Source: Deltaproteobacteria bacterium
Lineage (GTDB): Bacteria > Desulfobacterota > DSM-4660 > Desulfatiglandales > HGW-15
DNA: 64,000 nucleotides
Direction: 5' to 3'
Assembly (NCBI GenBank): GCA_019307745.1
Contig: JAFDJA010000001.1
Location: 20,223 to 84,222 of the forward strand
The translations under genes were made by a program, and so were the position numbers. The notes beneath the pieces were generated by a model, which worked only from the letters and a program-made list of their open reading frames with translations, did no database searches and was not told where the DNA came from. Each line of letters opens with the position of its first letter. Positions within the stretch are counted from its first letter, which is position 1. This document shows, piece by piece, positions 48,903 to 58,811 of this stretch.

Positions 48903-49094
48903 ATGTGTGAGGCCTCAGCATATATATTGAAGAATGGTCAGGAAGAGATGTTTCTGGAGAGCATTGACCGTATTGAATCTAGCCATGATCGTATCAAACT
49001 TGTCAGTATTTTCGGAGAGGAAAAAAGGGTTAAAGCCAAGGTAAAAACGATTTCGCTTATCGATCATAAGATACTGCTTGAACCTATTGACTAA
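48903..49094 (+). CDS. CooT-family (putative nickel-binding) small protein
   Basis: 63 aa beginning MCEASAYILKNG. The Met-Cys N-terminus and the size are typical of CooT-like proteins. It starts 2 nt after the previous stop. Confidence 0.55.
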   Translation: MCEASAYILKNGQEEMFLESIDRIESSHDRIKLVSIFGEEKRVKAKVKTISLIDHKILLEPID

Positions 49095-49287
49095 ACGGTC
49101 TGCCACACCATTCCTCTTCTGGTATTAAAGCAATTTGATTCAATCTTTGGTCAAGACATTCGGCAGGGAAACAGCCTTAAAGACTCCGGAGCGGCAACCT
49201 TTATAACCTGCTGATATAACAAGGATAACGCCCGGACCAGTCGGCTGGCAGTAGAGATTATAAGGTCAAAAAAATAAGGGACATAAA

Positions 49288-50472
49288 ATGGACAAAAAAA
49301 GCATAAAAGAGGTTGTCATTAAGGGGAAAAAAGTGCTCATGAGGGCAGATTTTAATGTTCCTTTTGATAAAAACCTGAACATAACTGATGACAATCGAAT
49401 AAAAGCAGCCATACCAACCATCAGATATATTCTGGATCAGGGTGGTATGCTGATTCTTATGAGCCATCTTGGCAGACCCAAGGGAGAAATCAAAGATGAA
49501 ATGAGGCTTACTCCTGTAGGACTTCGCATCAGCGAACTGCTTGAACGGCCAGTGAAAAAACTTGATTGCTGCATTGGCCCTGAGGCGGAAGGGGTTGTGG
49601 CCAGTATGCGATCAGGCGAGGTGGTTCTCCTTGAGAACCTGCGTTTTCATAAGGAAGAGACAGACAATGATTCGGATTTTGCCAAACAGCTTTCATCCTT
49701 TGGCGATCTCTTTGTAAACGACGCGTTCGGGACATGTCACAGGGCACATGCATCCACAGTGGGTGTCACAAGATATCTTGAATCTGTAGCCGGACTCTTG
49801 GTGGAAAAAGAGATAAAATATTTTGAAAAAATCAACAGGGCGCCTGAACATCCATTTAACCTTATACTGGGAGGGGCTAAGGTTTCTGACAAGATCCCGG
49901 TGATAGAAAACATGCTCCCTAAAGTAGACTTAATTATTATAGGCGGAGCAATGGCCTATACCTTTTTAAAGCAACAAGGAGTTAATATTGGGGCCTCCAG
50001 ATATGAAGATGAAATGGTCACCGTGGTATCAAGGCTTCAGGGCTTGGCAAAAAACAGAGGCGTAGAGATTCTGCTGCCGGTTGACCATGTTGTGTGTGAT
50101 GATTTTTTAGAACCTAAAACTATCCGGACCACACAGGGCATAAATATTGAAGAAGGTTTCATGGGTGTGGATATTGGACCCGGGACAGTGGAACTTTTTC
50201 TATCCAAGCTCCGGGACGCAAAAACCATTGTGTGGAATGGGCCTATGGGTGTGTTTGAAAAAGACGAATTTGCCTCTGGTACAAAAAACCTTGCCCTTGC
50301 TATCGCCGCATCCTCTGCCACCTCTGTAATAGGCGGAGGTGATAGCGCGGCTGCTGCAAAAAAGTTTAATGTGGAAGCAAAAATGTCCCATATCTCAACA
50401 GGTGGAGGCGCCTCTTTGGAATATCTGGAAGGTAAGCTTTTGCCAGGAATCGCTGCCCTTGCAGACCGTTAA
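49288..50472 (+). CDS. pgk: Phosphoglycerate kinase
   Basis: RADFNVP, LMSHLGRPKG, WNGPMGVFE, STGGGASLE. Confidence 0.95.
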   Translation: MDKKSIKEVVIKGKKVLMRADFNVPFDKNLNITDDNRIKAAIPTIRYILDQGGMLILMSHLGRPKGEIKDEMRLTPVGLRISELLERPVKKLDCCIGPEAEGVVASMRSGEVVLLENLRFHKEETDNDSDFAKQLSSFGDLFVNDAFGTCHRAHASTVGVTRYLESVAGLLVEKEIKYFEKINRAPEHPFNLILGGAKVSDKIPVIENMLPKVDLIIIGGAMAYTFLKQQGVNIGASRYEDEMVTVVSRLQGLAKNRGVEILLPVDHVVCDDFLEPKTIRTTQGINIEEGFMGVDIGPGTVELFLSKLRDAKTIVWNGPMGVFEKDEFASGTKNLALAIAASSATSVIGGGDSAAAAKKFNVEAKMSHISTGGGASLEYLEGKLLPGIAALADR

Positions 50473-50690
50473 TGGGCTCTGTTAAGCGCCCTTTCCTGTA
50501 ATAGCCCGCTTATTCAAACCCTTTTAATATACGCCGTCACCATATATGGAGTATTGGGACGTTGTAGTTAGAAAAAGAAATGAATTCCATGTATCATTAT
50601 ACTAATATTACAATTAAACCATATTGACAGACTCAGCAGTGTTCTTTAATTAATCATATACCCTGAATTTTGATAGGTTTAAACTTTTCT

Positions 50691-51944
50691 ATGTTTTTTA
50701 AATTAAAGACGTCTGAAGAGATAGTTGAGATCCTCAAAGACTTTGAGCCTTCTGGAGAAGAAACCATCTCTATAGAACATGCCCTTGGAAGGGTCTTGAG
50801 CAGGGATATAATCTCCCGGGAAGACCTGCCTGGTTTCAGAAGAGCCACCATGGATGGCTATGCGGTATTTGCCAGAGACAGCTTTGGGGCAACTGAGGCT
50901 GTTCCTGCTTTTTTTGAAGTTGCAGGGGAAGTCATGATGGGGAAGAATCCCACAATTTCCTTGCTGCCTGGTCAGGCAATAAAGATCTCCACAGGAGGCA
51001 TGCTCCCGGAAAACAGTGACAGCGTGGTCATGTTAGAGTATTCTCGCCCCCTTGATGAAAAAACCATTGAAATCTGTCGGGCTGTCTCTCCCCTTGAAAA
51101 TGTCATTCTACCGGAGGATGATATCTCCAGGGGAGAATGCGTCCTGAAAAAAAGACACCGGCTAAGGCCCCAGGACCTTGGTGTCTTGACCGGCCTTGGC
51201 TTTACGGAGGTCGCAGTATTTACACGGCCAAAGGTGGCAATTATCTCCTCAGGGGATGAAGTTGTCCCGATCCACACGGCCCCTGAACCAGGGCAGATTC
51301 GCGATATTAATTCATATACCCTAAACGCCTTGTGTCTGAACGCAGGTGCCGAGCCTGTTATGCTTGGTATATGTAATGATAATTTTAACGAACTCAAGGC
51401 CATGGTACAACAAGGTCTCTCCATGGCAGACACTGTATGGATTTCGGGTGGTAGCTCTGTCGGAACAAGAGATATGACAATAAAGGTCTTTGAATCTTTT
51501 GACAATATGGAAGTCCTTGCCCATGGCATATCTGTGAGTCCTGGAAAACCCACAATCATTGCCAAAATTAATTCCAAGGCTTTTTTCGGCCTGCCTGGAC
51601 ATGTAACATCCGCCCTTGTAATAGCAGAGATCTTCCTTGTTCCATTCCTGACAAGACTTTCCGGGGAGGACCCGTCCTGCCCTTTTGCATGCCAGCATTT
51701 AGAGGCAGAACTTGCCCGAAATATCAACTCTTCAAATGGAAGAGATGACTATATCAGAGTGAGGTTGCACCTTAAAGACGGAGGGCTGGTAGCTGAACCG
51801 GTTTTCGGAAAATCAGGGCTAATCTCCTCCTTGCTCCACGCCCATGGGCTGCTCCTGATCGATCGTAACACAGAGGGCCTTTATCAAGGACAAAAGGTAA
51901 AAGTAAGACTGTTTAGTTCATCCGCTGGTAGGGGTATTGCATGA
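50691..51944 (+). CDS. moeA: Molybdopterin molybdotransferase MoeA
   Basis: MoeA N, MoCF-binding and C-terminal domains (MDGYAV, ISTGGMLP, SGGSSVGTRD, LPGHVTSA). The ORF-track start at 50670 is TTG; the ATG at 50691 is preferred. Confidence 0.85.
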   Translation: MFFKLKTSEEIVEILKDFEPSGEETISIEHALGRVLSRDIISREDLPGFRRATMDGYAVFARDSFGATEAVPAFFEVAGEVMMGKNPTISLLPGQAIKISTGGMLPENSDSVVMLEYSRPLDEKTIEICRAVSPLENVILPEDDISRGECVLKKRHRLRPQDLGVLTGLGFTEVAVFTRPKVAIISSGDEVVPIHTAPEPGQIRDINSYTLNALCLNAGAEPVMLGICNDNFNELKAMVQQGLSMADTVWISGGSSVGTRDMTIKVFESFDNMEVLAHGISVSPGKPTIIAKINSKAFFGLPGHVTSALVIAEIFLVPFLTRLSGEDPSCPFACQHLEAELARNINSSNGRDDYIRVRLHLKDGGLVAEPVFGKSGLISSLLHAHGLLLIDRNTEGLYQGQKVKVRLFSSSAGRGIA

Positions 51945-53866
51945 AAAGAAATGTCTACCTGAAACTGAAAGGTCTTGATGAGGCAAAAAAGTCCTTTTCC
52001 TGTTTTCTGGAACACAGAACCCGGACAGAAGAGATCCCGGCTGATGAATCTCTGGGAAGAGTAACGGCTGAACCAATATTTGCAAAGCGCTCATCTCCCG
52101 CATACCACAGTGCGGCAATGGACGGCATTGCTGTCCGGGCAGAAAAGACTTACGGGACCACAGAGATCAGTCCATCGACCATGACTCTTGACCGGGACGC
52201 GGTGTGGATCAACACGGGACAGGCCATTCCGGAGGGATATGATGCGGTAATTATGATTGAGCAAGTACATCAGCTGGATGACAACACTATTGAGCTCCGC
52301 TCTCCAGCCTATCCGTGGCAGCATATAAGAAAGGTGGGGGAGGACATCGTTGCCACCCAGCTTCTTCTCCCGCAGAACCATATGATCCGGCCATATGATA
52401 TGGGCGCCCTTATCTCTGCGGGCATCCTTGTCCTGAAGGTCAGAAAAAAACCAAAAGTCGCTATTATTCCTTCAGGCTCTGAGCTGGTGCAGCTCAAAGA
52501 ACTAAAAGATTCTGACCAACTAAAAAACAATCAGATAATCGAATCTAATTCTGCCACTCTTGCGGGTCTTGTGCGAGAATCCCACTCGGAACCTATTGTC
52601 TATGATATTGTTCCCGACGAAGAAGATAAACTCCGGGAGATACTGAAAAAGGCGGTCAATTCAAAGGCGGACCTGATAATTATTAATGCTGGTTCCTCCG
52701 CTGGAAGTAAGGACTATACCGCAAATATAATAGCAGAACTTGGTGAAGTCTTTGTCCATGGTGTAGCCATGATGCCGGGAAAACCCACCATCCTGGGAGC
52801 GATCAAAGGCAAACCTGTTGTGGGAAATCCAGGATATACCGTCTCTTCTGTTCTGTCTTTTGACCAGTTCGTAAGGCCTGTGCTTCACTCCATGCAGGGA
52901 GTACCTCCTCCCTGCCCTCAGACTATACAGGTGGTACCATCCAGAAACATCCCATCAAAAATGGGCATAGAGGAGTTCCTCCGTGTCCATATCGGAAAAG
53001 TTGGAGACAGGACGGTCGCAACTCCCCTTTCAAGGGGTGCCGGCACCATAACCACCCTTACAAAGGCGGAGGGTATCCTTCGAATTCCAGCCCTTTCAGA
53101 AGGAGTGACCCATGAAGAGGAAGTACGGGCAGAAATACTCGTTAATGAAGATGAGATTCTTAATACACTGGTAATCATAGGAAGTCATGATATCACCATA
53201 GACATCCTGGCAGACGAGATCAGGAGGAAGGGAAATAACATAAGGATCTCTTCCGGGAATGTCGGGAGTCTCGGAGGACTTCTGGCCCTGGGCAAAGGTC
53301 TCTGTCATATGGCGGGCTCCCATCTCCTTGACACGACAACAGGAGAATATAATCTCTCCTATATAAACAGATACCTCAAAGGAGTGGATATAACTATCAT
53401 CAACCTTGTCATGAGGGATCAGGGCCTGATGGTTGCAAAGGGAAATCCAAAGGGGATAACAGGAATAAACGATCTGAAACGTGATGGCATTACATTTATC
53501 AACCGCCAGCCAGGCTCAGGGACAAGAGTGCTTTTTGATTACAGGCTGGAGCAGGCCGGCATTCACCCTGACTCCATTCAAGGGTATCAACATGAAGAGT
53601 TTACTCATATGGCTGTTGCAGCGGACGTGAAAAGCAAGGCAGCAGACTGCGGCATGGGCATATTTGCCGCGGCCAAGGCCTTGGACCTGGATTTTATCCC
53701 GGTAGTAAAGGAACAGTATGACTTGATCGTCCCCACCAGATTTTTAGATTTATCCAATATCAAAGTACTTCTTGAGACAATAAAGACAAAAAACTTCAAG
53801 GATCGGGTCACCGCCTTGGGAGGATATGATCCCGCACACAGCGGTGATTTTGGAAAAAAATTGTGA
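51941..53866 (+). CDS. MoeA-like molybdopterin biosynthesis protein fused to a C-terminal periplasmic-binding-protein-like (PBP) domain
   Basis: The N-terminal ~400 aa are MoeA-like (MDGIAV, INAGSSAGSKD, MPGKPT). The C-terminal ~230 aa (IIGSHD...NRQPGSGTR...) resemble a PBP-like oxyanion-binding fold. ATGA overlap with moeA. Confidence 0.8.
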   Translation: MKRNVYLKLKGLDEAKKSFSCFLEHRTRTEEIPADESLGRVTAEPIFAKRSSPAYHSAAMDGIAVRAEKTYGTTEISPSTMTLDRDAVWINTGQAIPEGYDAVIMIEQVHQLDDNTIELRSPAYPWQHIRKVGEDIVATQLLLPQNHMIRPYDMGALISAGILVLKVRKKPKVAIIPSGSELVQLKELKDSDQLKNNQIIESNSATLAGLVRESHSEPIVYDIVPDEEDKLREILKKAVNSKADLIIINAGSSAGSKDYTANIIAELGEVFVHGVAMMPGKPTILGAIKGKPVVGNPGYTVSSVLSFDQFVRPVLHSMQGVPPPCPQTIQVVPSRNIPSKMGIEEFLRVHIGKVGDRTVATPLSRGAGTITTLTKAEGILRIPALSEGVTHEEEVRAEILVNEDEILNTLVIIGSHDITIDILADEIRRKGNNIRISSGNVGSLGGLLALGKGLCHMAGSHLLDTTTGEYNLSYINRYLKGVDITIINLVMRDQGLMVAKGNPKGITGINDLKRDGITFINRQPGSGTRVLFDYRLEQAGIHPDSIQGYQHEEFTHMAVAADVKSKAADCGMGIFAAAKALDLDFIPVVKEQYDLIVPTRFLDLSNIKVLLETIKTKNFKDRVTALGGYDPAHSGDFGKKL

Positions 53867-54355
53867 TAATTTTCGCTCCTGCCCGGTCTATCGGTCCAAT
53901 ATCCCCTTAGTTCTCTCCTCCCTGATGCCAATCCAAACCGGCCCCTACCCTGCTGGAACTGGAAATAAACTGATTTATAGTCTCTCTCAGCAGGACGTTG
54001 ATATCTTTAACATTCAGCTGGGCCCCAGGACTGGACGAGCGGACAACATGCCTCTGAGGCTTTTCAGAAGAGATTTCAAACAAGGAAGAGCTGGGATACT
54101 CATGTTTTTGAGCTTTACGGTCCAGGAGGAAACCTAAAGACGAAAACACCTGTCAGGACTATTATAGACCTGTATAGACGAAGGAAAAAGCATGCTCCCT
54201 CACACAATATAAGCCAATAAGGGGAAAATAAATTAAAGATCGAACAGGGTTCAAATTATTTATTGCTTCCCTGTTGCGTAATTGCAGACACAAGCACCTC
54301 TCACATCATACTGATAGGGGACTAACAAGTTACCTGCTCAAAACAGCCGGGAGCC

Positions 54356-55648
54356 TTAATGTTTAAAGGCCCTCTGCCCGGTGAAAACCATGGTGACCTG
54401 GGGATCTGCCTCGTTACATGCCTGGATAACTTCATAGTCCCGCATGGATCCGCCAGGCTGAACAATTGCGGATATGCCTTCTTTGATGCCGACATCAACA
54501 CCATCCCTAAAGGGAAAGAAAGCGTCTGAAACCATGGTAGCGCCGATTAACCCGCCTTTTGCCTTTCTTGTATTCTGATCAATCTCATCTAAAAGAGACT
54601 GATCCCTTTTCCCCTCTTTTACCTTTAGTTCAAGATCCTTATAGGGAACTCCATGCTTTTGATAACACGCTGTATCGGCATGTTTTGTGTACGCCTTAAA
54701 AACTGCTATCTCAGCAACACCTACCCTGTCCTGTTCGCCAGTGCCTATACCCCTGGTTACTCCGTCTTTTACATAGATCACGGAATTTGAGGTGATGCCC
54801 TGCTCTACCTGCCAGCCAAAGAGCATATCATCATAGTCATCGTTTGAAGGCCTTCGTTCGATTTCATATCTCTGCCCCTTGAATTCTGAGGAAGCAGGCA
54901 TGAAATCAGCCGCTGTCTCTATCCTGTTCAGGGGAGACTGCTGGACTATTATCCCCCCGTCTGTAAGGCTCTTAAAATCCACAAACCTTGAATTCCTGTA
55001 GTAGGAAAGATCGGCAATACTGTCTATTCGAACAATCCTGAGATTGACACGCTTTGAGAGGGTCTCAACAACGCCCTCTTCATATTCAGGGGCCGCGACA
55101 ACCTCCAGATAGTTTTCTGAAATCAATTCGGCTGTCTCTGTGTCTATGGGACGGTTAAACACTGCGCATCCCCCAAATGCCGCGATGCGGTCTGCCGTGT
55201 TCGCCTTCTGATACGCGTCAAATATAGTGGCCCCATATGCCACCCCGCAAGGATTATTGTGTTTTACAATAACTGATGCCGGACCATCTACCAGATACTT
55301 TAATATATTTATGGCATTATCCATATCTGTGAGGTTTGTCTTGCCTGGATGTTTCCCTGCCTGGATCATGTCCTCAGTTGTTATAGCGGAAACAATCCCC
55401 TTGTTAGGATCAATAAATCTGCAGTCGCCAAGGACCAGGTTCCCGTTTACTTGCTCATAAAGCGCGGCCTCTTGACCAGGGTTTTCACCATACCGCAGCC
55501 CTTTTTCAACCAGTTCACCGGAAGAATCTGCAATCCGCCATGTCCTTTTCTTATACACCAGTCTTTGGTCACCAAATGAGATGGTAATTTCAGGTGGAAA
55601 GTTATCATCCATTACAGTACGGTATATCTTCTTAAGGTCAGATCCCAT
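54356..55648 (-). CDS. purH: AICAR transformylase-domain protein (PurH lacking the N-terminal IMP cyclohydrolase/MGS domain)
   Basis: LRYGENPGQ, VIVKHNNPCGVA, AAFGGCAVFNRP, IVQPGGSMRDYEVI. Start set at MGSDLKKIY (CAT at 55646-55648) with SD AGGAGAGAAA. Confidence 0.88.
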   Translation of the reverse strand: MGSDLKKIYRTVMDDNFPPEITISFGDQRLVYKKRTWRIADSSGELVEKGLRYGENPGQEAALYEQVNGNLVLGDCRFIDPNKGIVSAITTEDMIQAGKHPGKTNLTDMDNAINILKYLVDGPASVIVKHNNPCGVAYGATIFDAYQKANTADRIAAFGGCAVFNRPIDTETAELISENYLEVVAAPEYEEGVVETLSKRVNLRIVRIDSIADLSYYRNSRFVDFKSLTDGGIIVQQSPLNRIETAADFMPASSEFKGQRYEIERRPSNDDYDDMLFGWQVEQGITSNSVIYVKDGVTRGIGTGEQDRVGVAEIAVFKAYTKHADTACYQKHGVPYKDLELKVKEGKRDQSLLDEIDQNTRKAKGGLIGATMVSDAFFPFRDGVDVGIKEGISAIVQPGGSMRDYEVIQACNEADPQVTMVFTGQRAFKH

Positions 55649-56429
55649 GGTTTCTCTCCTGTTTTTTATGTTTTTCGATGTACGCATAAGCATTATGGTT
55701 ATGAATGGATTCAAAATTTTCTGATTCCACTGCAAACCAGGTAATGTTCGAATCTGCGTCCAGCTTCTGGGCGATATCCCTGACAATATCTTCAACAAAC
55801 ACAGGATTTTCATAGGCCTTTTCAGTGATAAATTTCTCGTCTTCCCGCTTTAGCACAGAATAGACCTCACTGGATGCGGAATCCTCAACAAGGCGGATAA
55901 GGTCCTCTATCCAGATAAATTTTTTAAACCTGACCTGCAAGGTAACCTCTCCCCGTTGATTATGAGCCCCAAAATCACTTATCTCCTTTGAGCATGGGCA
56001 TAGGGTGCAGATAGGCACACGGATGATGGTCACCAGATCACTTCCGTGATTCACTGATCCCTTGAAAGTACATTTATATTCCATAAGCCCCTCACTCCCT
56101 GAGACAGGGGCCTTCTTTCTGATAAAGTAGGCAAAGGTGATCTCCATATGGGCACTCTCTGCATTCAGGCGACTCTTTACCTCCTCCAGGATTTCAGTAA
56201 AATTTTGCAATGATATCCTTCTATTATGCTCATTTAAGATTTCAACAAACCGGCTCATATGGGTGCCCTTATAGTATCTGGGCAGGCTTACGTACATATT
56301 GATTTTGGCAACTGTCTGCTGCTTCCCCATATTTTTATCAAGAACAGTAATAGGATACAGAATCCCTTTCACCCCTACCTGATCTATATCAATATTTCTA
56401 TCATCCTTATGATTTTGTATATCTTTCAC
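55638..56429 (-). CDS. folE2: GTP cyclohydrolase IB (FolE2/MptA family)
   Basis: 263 aa: IDQVGVKGILYPI, GTHMSRF, CPCSKEIS. GTG start with SD AAGAGG. Overlaps purH by 11 nt. Confidence 0.88.
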   Translation of the reverse strand: MKDIQNHKDDRNIDIDQVGVKGILYPITVLDKNMGKQQTVAKINMYVSLPRYYKGTHMSRFVEILNEHNRRISLQNFTEILEEVKSRLNAESAHMEITFAYFIRKKAPVSGSEGLMEYKCTFKGSVNHGSDLVTIIRVPICTLCPCSKEISDFGAHNQRGEVTLQVRFKKFIWIEDLIRLVEDSASSEVYSVLKREDEKFITEKAYENPVFVEDIVRDIAQKLDADSNITWFAVESENFESIHNHNAYAYIEKHKKQERNHGI

Positions 56430-56693
56430 TTTTGCCTCTTGAAATAAAAATTTTCTCCAAACTTAATTGTCATAGAAAGTAAAGTCAACTAAAAGATCTG
56501 TTCTCCATAGATTTGGAAAGGCTTTACCCTAACCACATCCTTTTCAATAAATTGATGTCTGGTTTGTTTTTTTGCAAAGACCTGTTAGCTGCTTCTGAGC
56601 GTAATCCGAAAAAGACAAAAAACATAAAAATACAGAAAAAGTTTGACTTTTAGGCTTGCTTTTGGGAGATGAAAGATATATCTAACAGTCTTT

Positions 56694-56772
<79 letters not shown>

Positions 56773-56847
56773 AAAACAAATAAGGCAGCTGTTTGTCGAA
56801 ACAAAAGAATTTAGAGATGTGACGCTTTTGTGACAGTTGACTTCAAT

Positions 56848-56886
56848 GCGGTTAATCCATTTGAGAGGTTAACCGCTTTCTTTTTG
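56848..56886 (+). terminator. Intrinsic terminator downstream of tRNA-Pro
   Basis: GCGGTTAA (56848-56855), loop, TTAACCGC (56869-56876), then TTTCTTTTT. Confidence 0.7.
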
Positions 56887-56942
56887 CCCGGCTCAGGTGA
56901 ACATCTCGCATTGTCATGAACACAATTATTCTTTGTAATAAA

Positions 56943-57356
56943 TTATTTGTTCTCATATTCATCAAATTTAGGCATTTCTCCTGGTTCAAGAGACCAAGAA
57001 GCTCTAAACTTCCAGAAAATGTTACTCTCGGGAAGTTGTCCGGGATCATCGTCTAAAGTTCCTGCTGGAACCACAACTTCATTTCTTTTTGTTGTATGTG
57101 GTAATGGAGAACCACAAGTTTTACAGAAACAAGTTGCAAAACCTCTTGCTTCATTTAAATCATATCTGACTACATTTTCATCCCCCGAAATCCAACTAAA
57201 ATGCTCAGGTAAGATAAAAATATTCGAAGCATGAGCGCTGCCAGTTGCTTTCCTGCATCTTGAACAATGGCAATATCTGAACATTAGTAATGGTGTTTCA
57301 ATTTTAAAAGTAACCTTACCACATAGACAGCTGCCACTTACACTTTTTTTATCCAT
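56943..57356 (-). CDS. GFA-family (CENP-V/glutathione-dependent formaldehyde-activating-like) zinc protein
   Basis: Cys pattern CLCGKV...CHCSRCRK...FCKTCGSPL. Confidence 0.8.
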   Translation of the reverse strand: MDKKSVSGSCLCGKVTFKIETPLLMFRYCHCSRCRKATGSAHASNIFILPEHFSWISGDENVVRYDLNEARGFATCFCKTCGSPLPHTTKRNEVVVPAGTLDDDPGQLPESNIFWKFRASWSLEPGEMPKFDEYENK

Positions 57357-57951
57357 TTAAATCTCCAATGATTCACGTCACAGGCACATGTATAGCGGCA
57401 ATGAAATCTCTGTTCCTGTTAATGCGAAAGTTTGTGGCCCGCCGTCAAAACGCAAGAATTCTTTTATAGAAATTGGGCCTGCATTTAACCGCTCTTGAAT
57501 TTATTTGTTATTAATAAAACGATTTTGAAAGGTCAAGATTTATTATTAAGAAGAAAGAGCGAAGAAAGAAAAGCAGAAAAAAAGCGTAGAAAACTCTTTA
57601 AATTTGAGATGAAGCCTAAGCGTAATCGCTTCTATTTATCTCAGTACCATCAAAGTCGATGATAATAAGAATGATATCTTAAACCAGCATCTATTCTTTA
57701 AAACCGGGAACGGGATAGCTTCTCATATAATATATTTTATGTTGTATTTTCAGATTGAAACGATCCTTTCTATTATAGGTAATTAATTGGTTTGATTTGT
57801 GAAAAAGAAACTCTTACAATATGAAAGTATTCAATAATTTTAAATGCCCTTGAAGGGACGAATAACTCAGCGTCTAATAAAGAAAGATGTCTTAAGGAAA
57901 GGCAAAAAAGCTTTTACGTCTGAACACATAGATAGCAAAAGGAGGTCTTAA

Positions 57952-58395
57952 ATGGATATTCAGCGATCACCAGTTACACTTGCAGGTCGATCAGCGCCAT
58001 ATGCAAAAGGAACTAGAGTAGTAGGGAACAAGGGTTATGTTTGGCTTAGCGGCTGCCTGGGAGAAGATATCAATACAGGGAAGGTTCCAGAGAAAGCAGG
58101 AGAACAGGCTACTCTGGCAATGAATAATATTAAAACGAGATTAGAAGAGTCCGGTTCATCTCTAAAAAACATCGTGCATATATGGCAGCATCAGAAGGGA
58201 CTCTTTCCTCATGGGCTGGCTAATGACCCGTCACACGATGAGATCAGAGATGCGATAGACGCTTTTTGGCGAACAAACTGCCCGGAATTTCAAAGGGGAA
58301 ATAATCCGCCGGCATCTACCTTTCTCGGGGTGACAGCCTTAGCTCAACCGGCTTACCTTATAGAAATAACCGTTGTGGCCGCAATTGAAGAGTAA
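57952..58395 (+). CDS. RidA/YjgF/L-PSP-family protein
   Basis: 147 aa: YVWLSGCLGED, EQATLAMNNIKTRLEESGSSLKNIV, and a C-terminal IEITVVA pattern. SD AAAGGAGG. Confidence 0.8.
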   Translation: MDIQRSPVTLAGRSAPYAKGTRVVGNKGYVWLSGCLGEDINTGKVPEKAGEQATLAMNNIKTRLEESGSSLKNIVHIWQHQKGLFPHGLANDPSHDEIRDAIDAFWRTNCPEFQRGNNPPASTFLGVTALAQPAYLIEITVVAAIEE

Positions 58396-58695
58396 ATCAA
58401 TTTTTTCCGGTTTAACAAGTTAAAGTTCGGAGGATTAAAACCTCTAGCTAGGACAATTTTTCTGGCTCAAATCAAAGGAACAGGAGAACGCTTGGGGTTT
58501 CTTCTTTTATTGAAAAGTAGCCTTCTGTCTCTATGCATTCGTATCTTTTAACCTAAAATAACACAAAAATTCCGCCATATTTCCCCGACCTAGAACACAA
58601 CGCAAAAACAAAAAAGCATATAAAAACAGGGGGTTAAACCTTAAAGGCATAAAGCCCCATCGTATTCGAAGGAATACAATCGTAAAAAAAATTCT

Positions 58696-58704
58696 TGCTA
58701 TAAT
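58696..58704 (+). promoter_or_regulatory. Extended -10 promoter candidate (TGCTATAAT)
   Basis: TGnTATAAT match ~105 nt upstream of the TIGR02147-like gene. Confidence 0.35.
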
Positions 58705-58811
58705 GGGTGTAAATTTGATATAATTTTTTATCTTAGGAAAGGGCCTGCCATTACATTAAGAAGTGTGGCAAAAAACACTAAAACACAAGAGGTTTCAAAG
58801 GAGAAGAAAAA

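Noticed and set aside
50473-50690. Possible Moco riboswitch upstream of the moeA pair
   Set aside because: None of the conserved Moco-motif sequence blocks I remember is visible. The region is AT-rich and looks like a plain promoter region.
50972-51727. 251-aa ORF (and a nested 125-aa ORF) antisense to moeA
   Set aside because: It is a shadow frame of a confidently called gene. The translation is Ser/Arg/Pro-rich with no recognisable domain or RBS.
53826-54149. Overlapping 103-aa (+) and 80-aa (-) ORFs in the gap between the moeA-PBP gene and purH
   Set aside because: Neither has a convincing RBS, motifs or a hydrophobic pattern, and they overlap each other. I treat the region as non-coding. 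It contains a likely purH terminator hairpin, AACAGGG...CCCTGTT, around 54243-54275.
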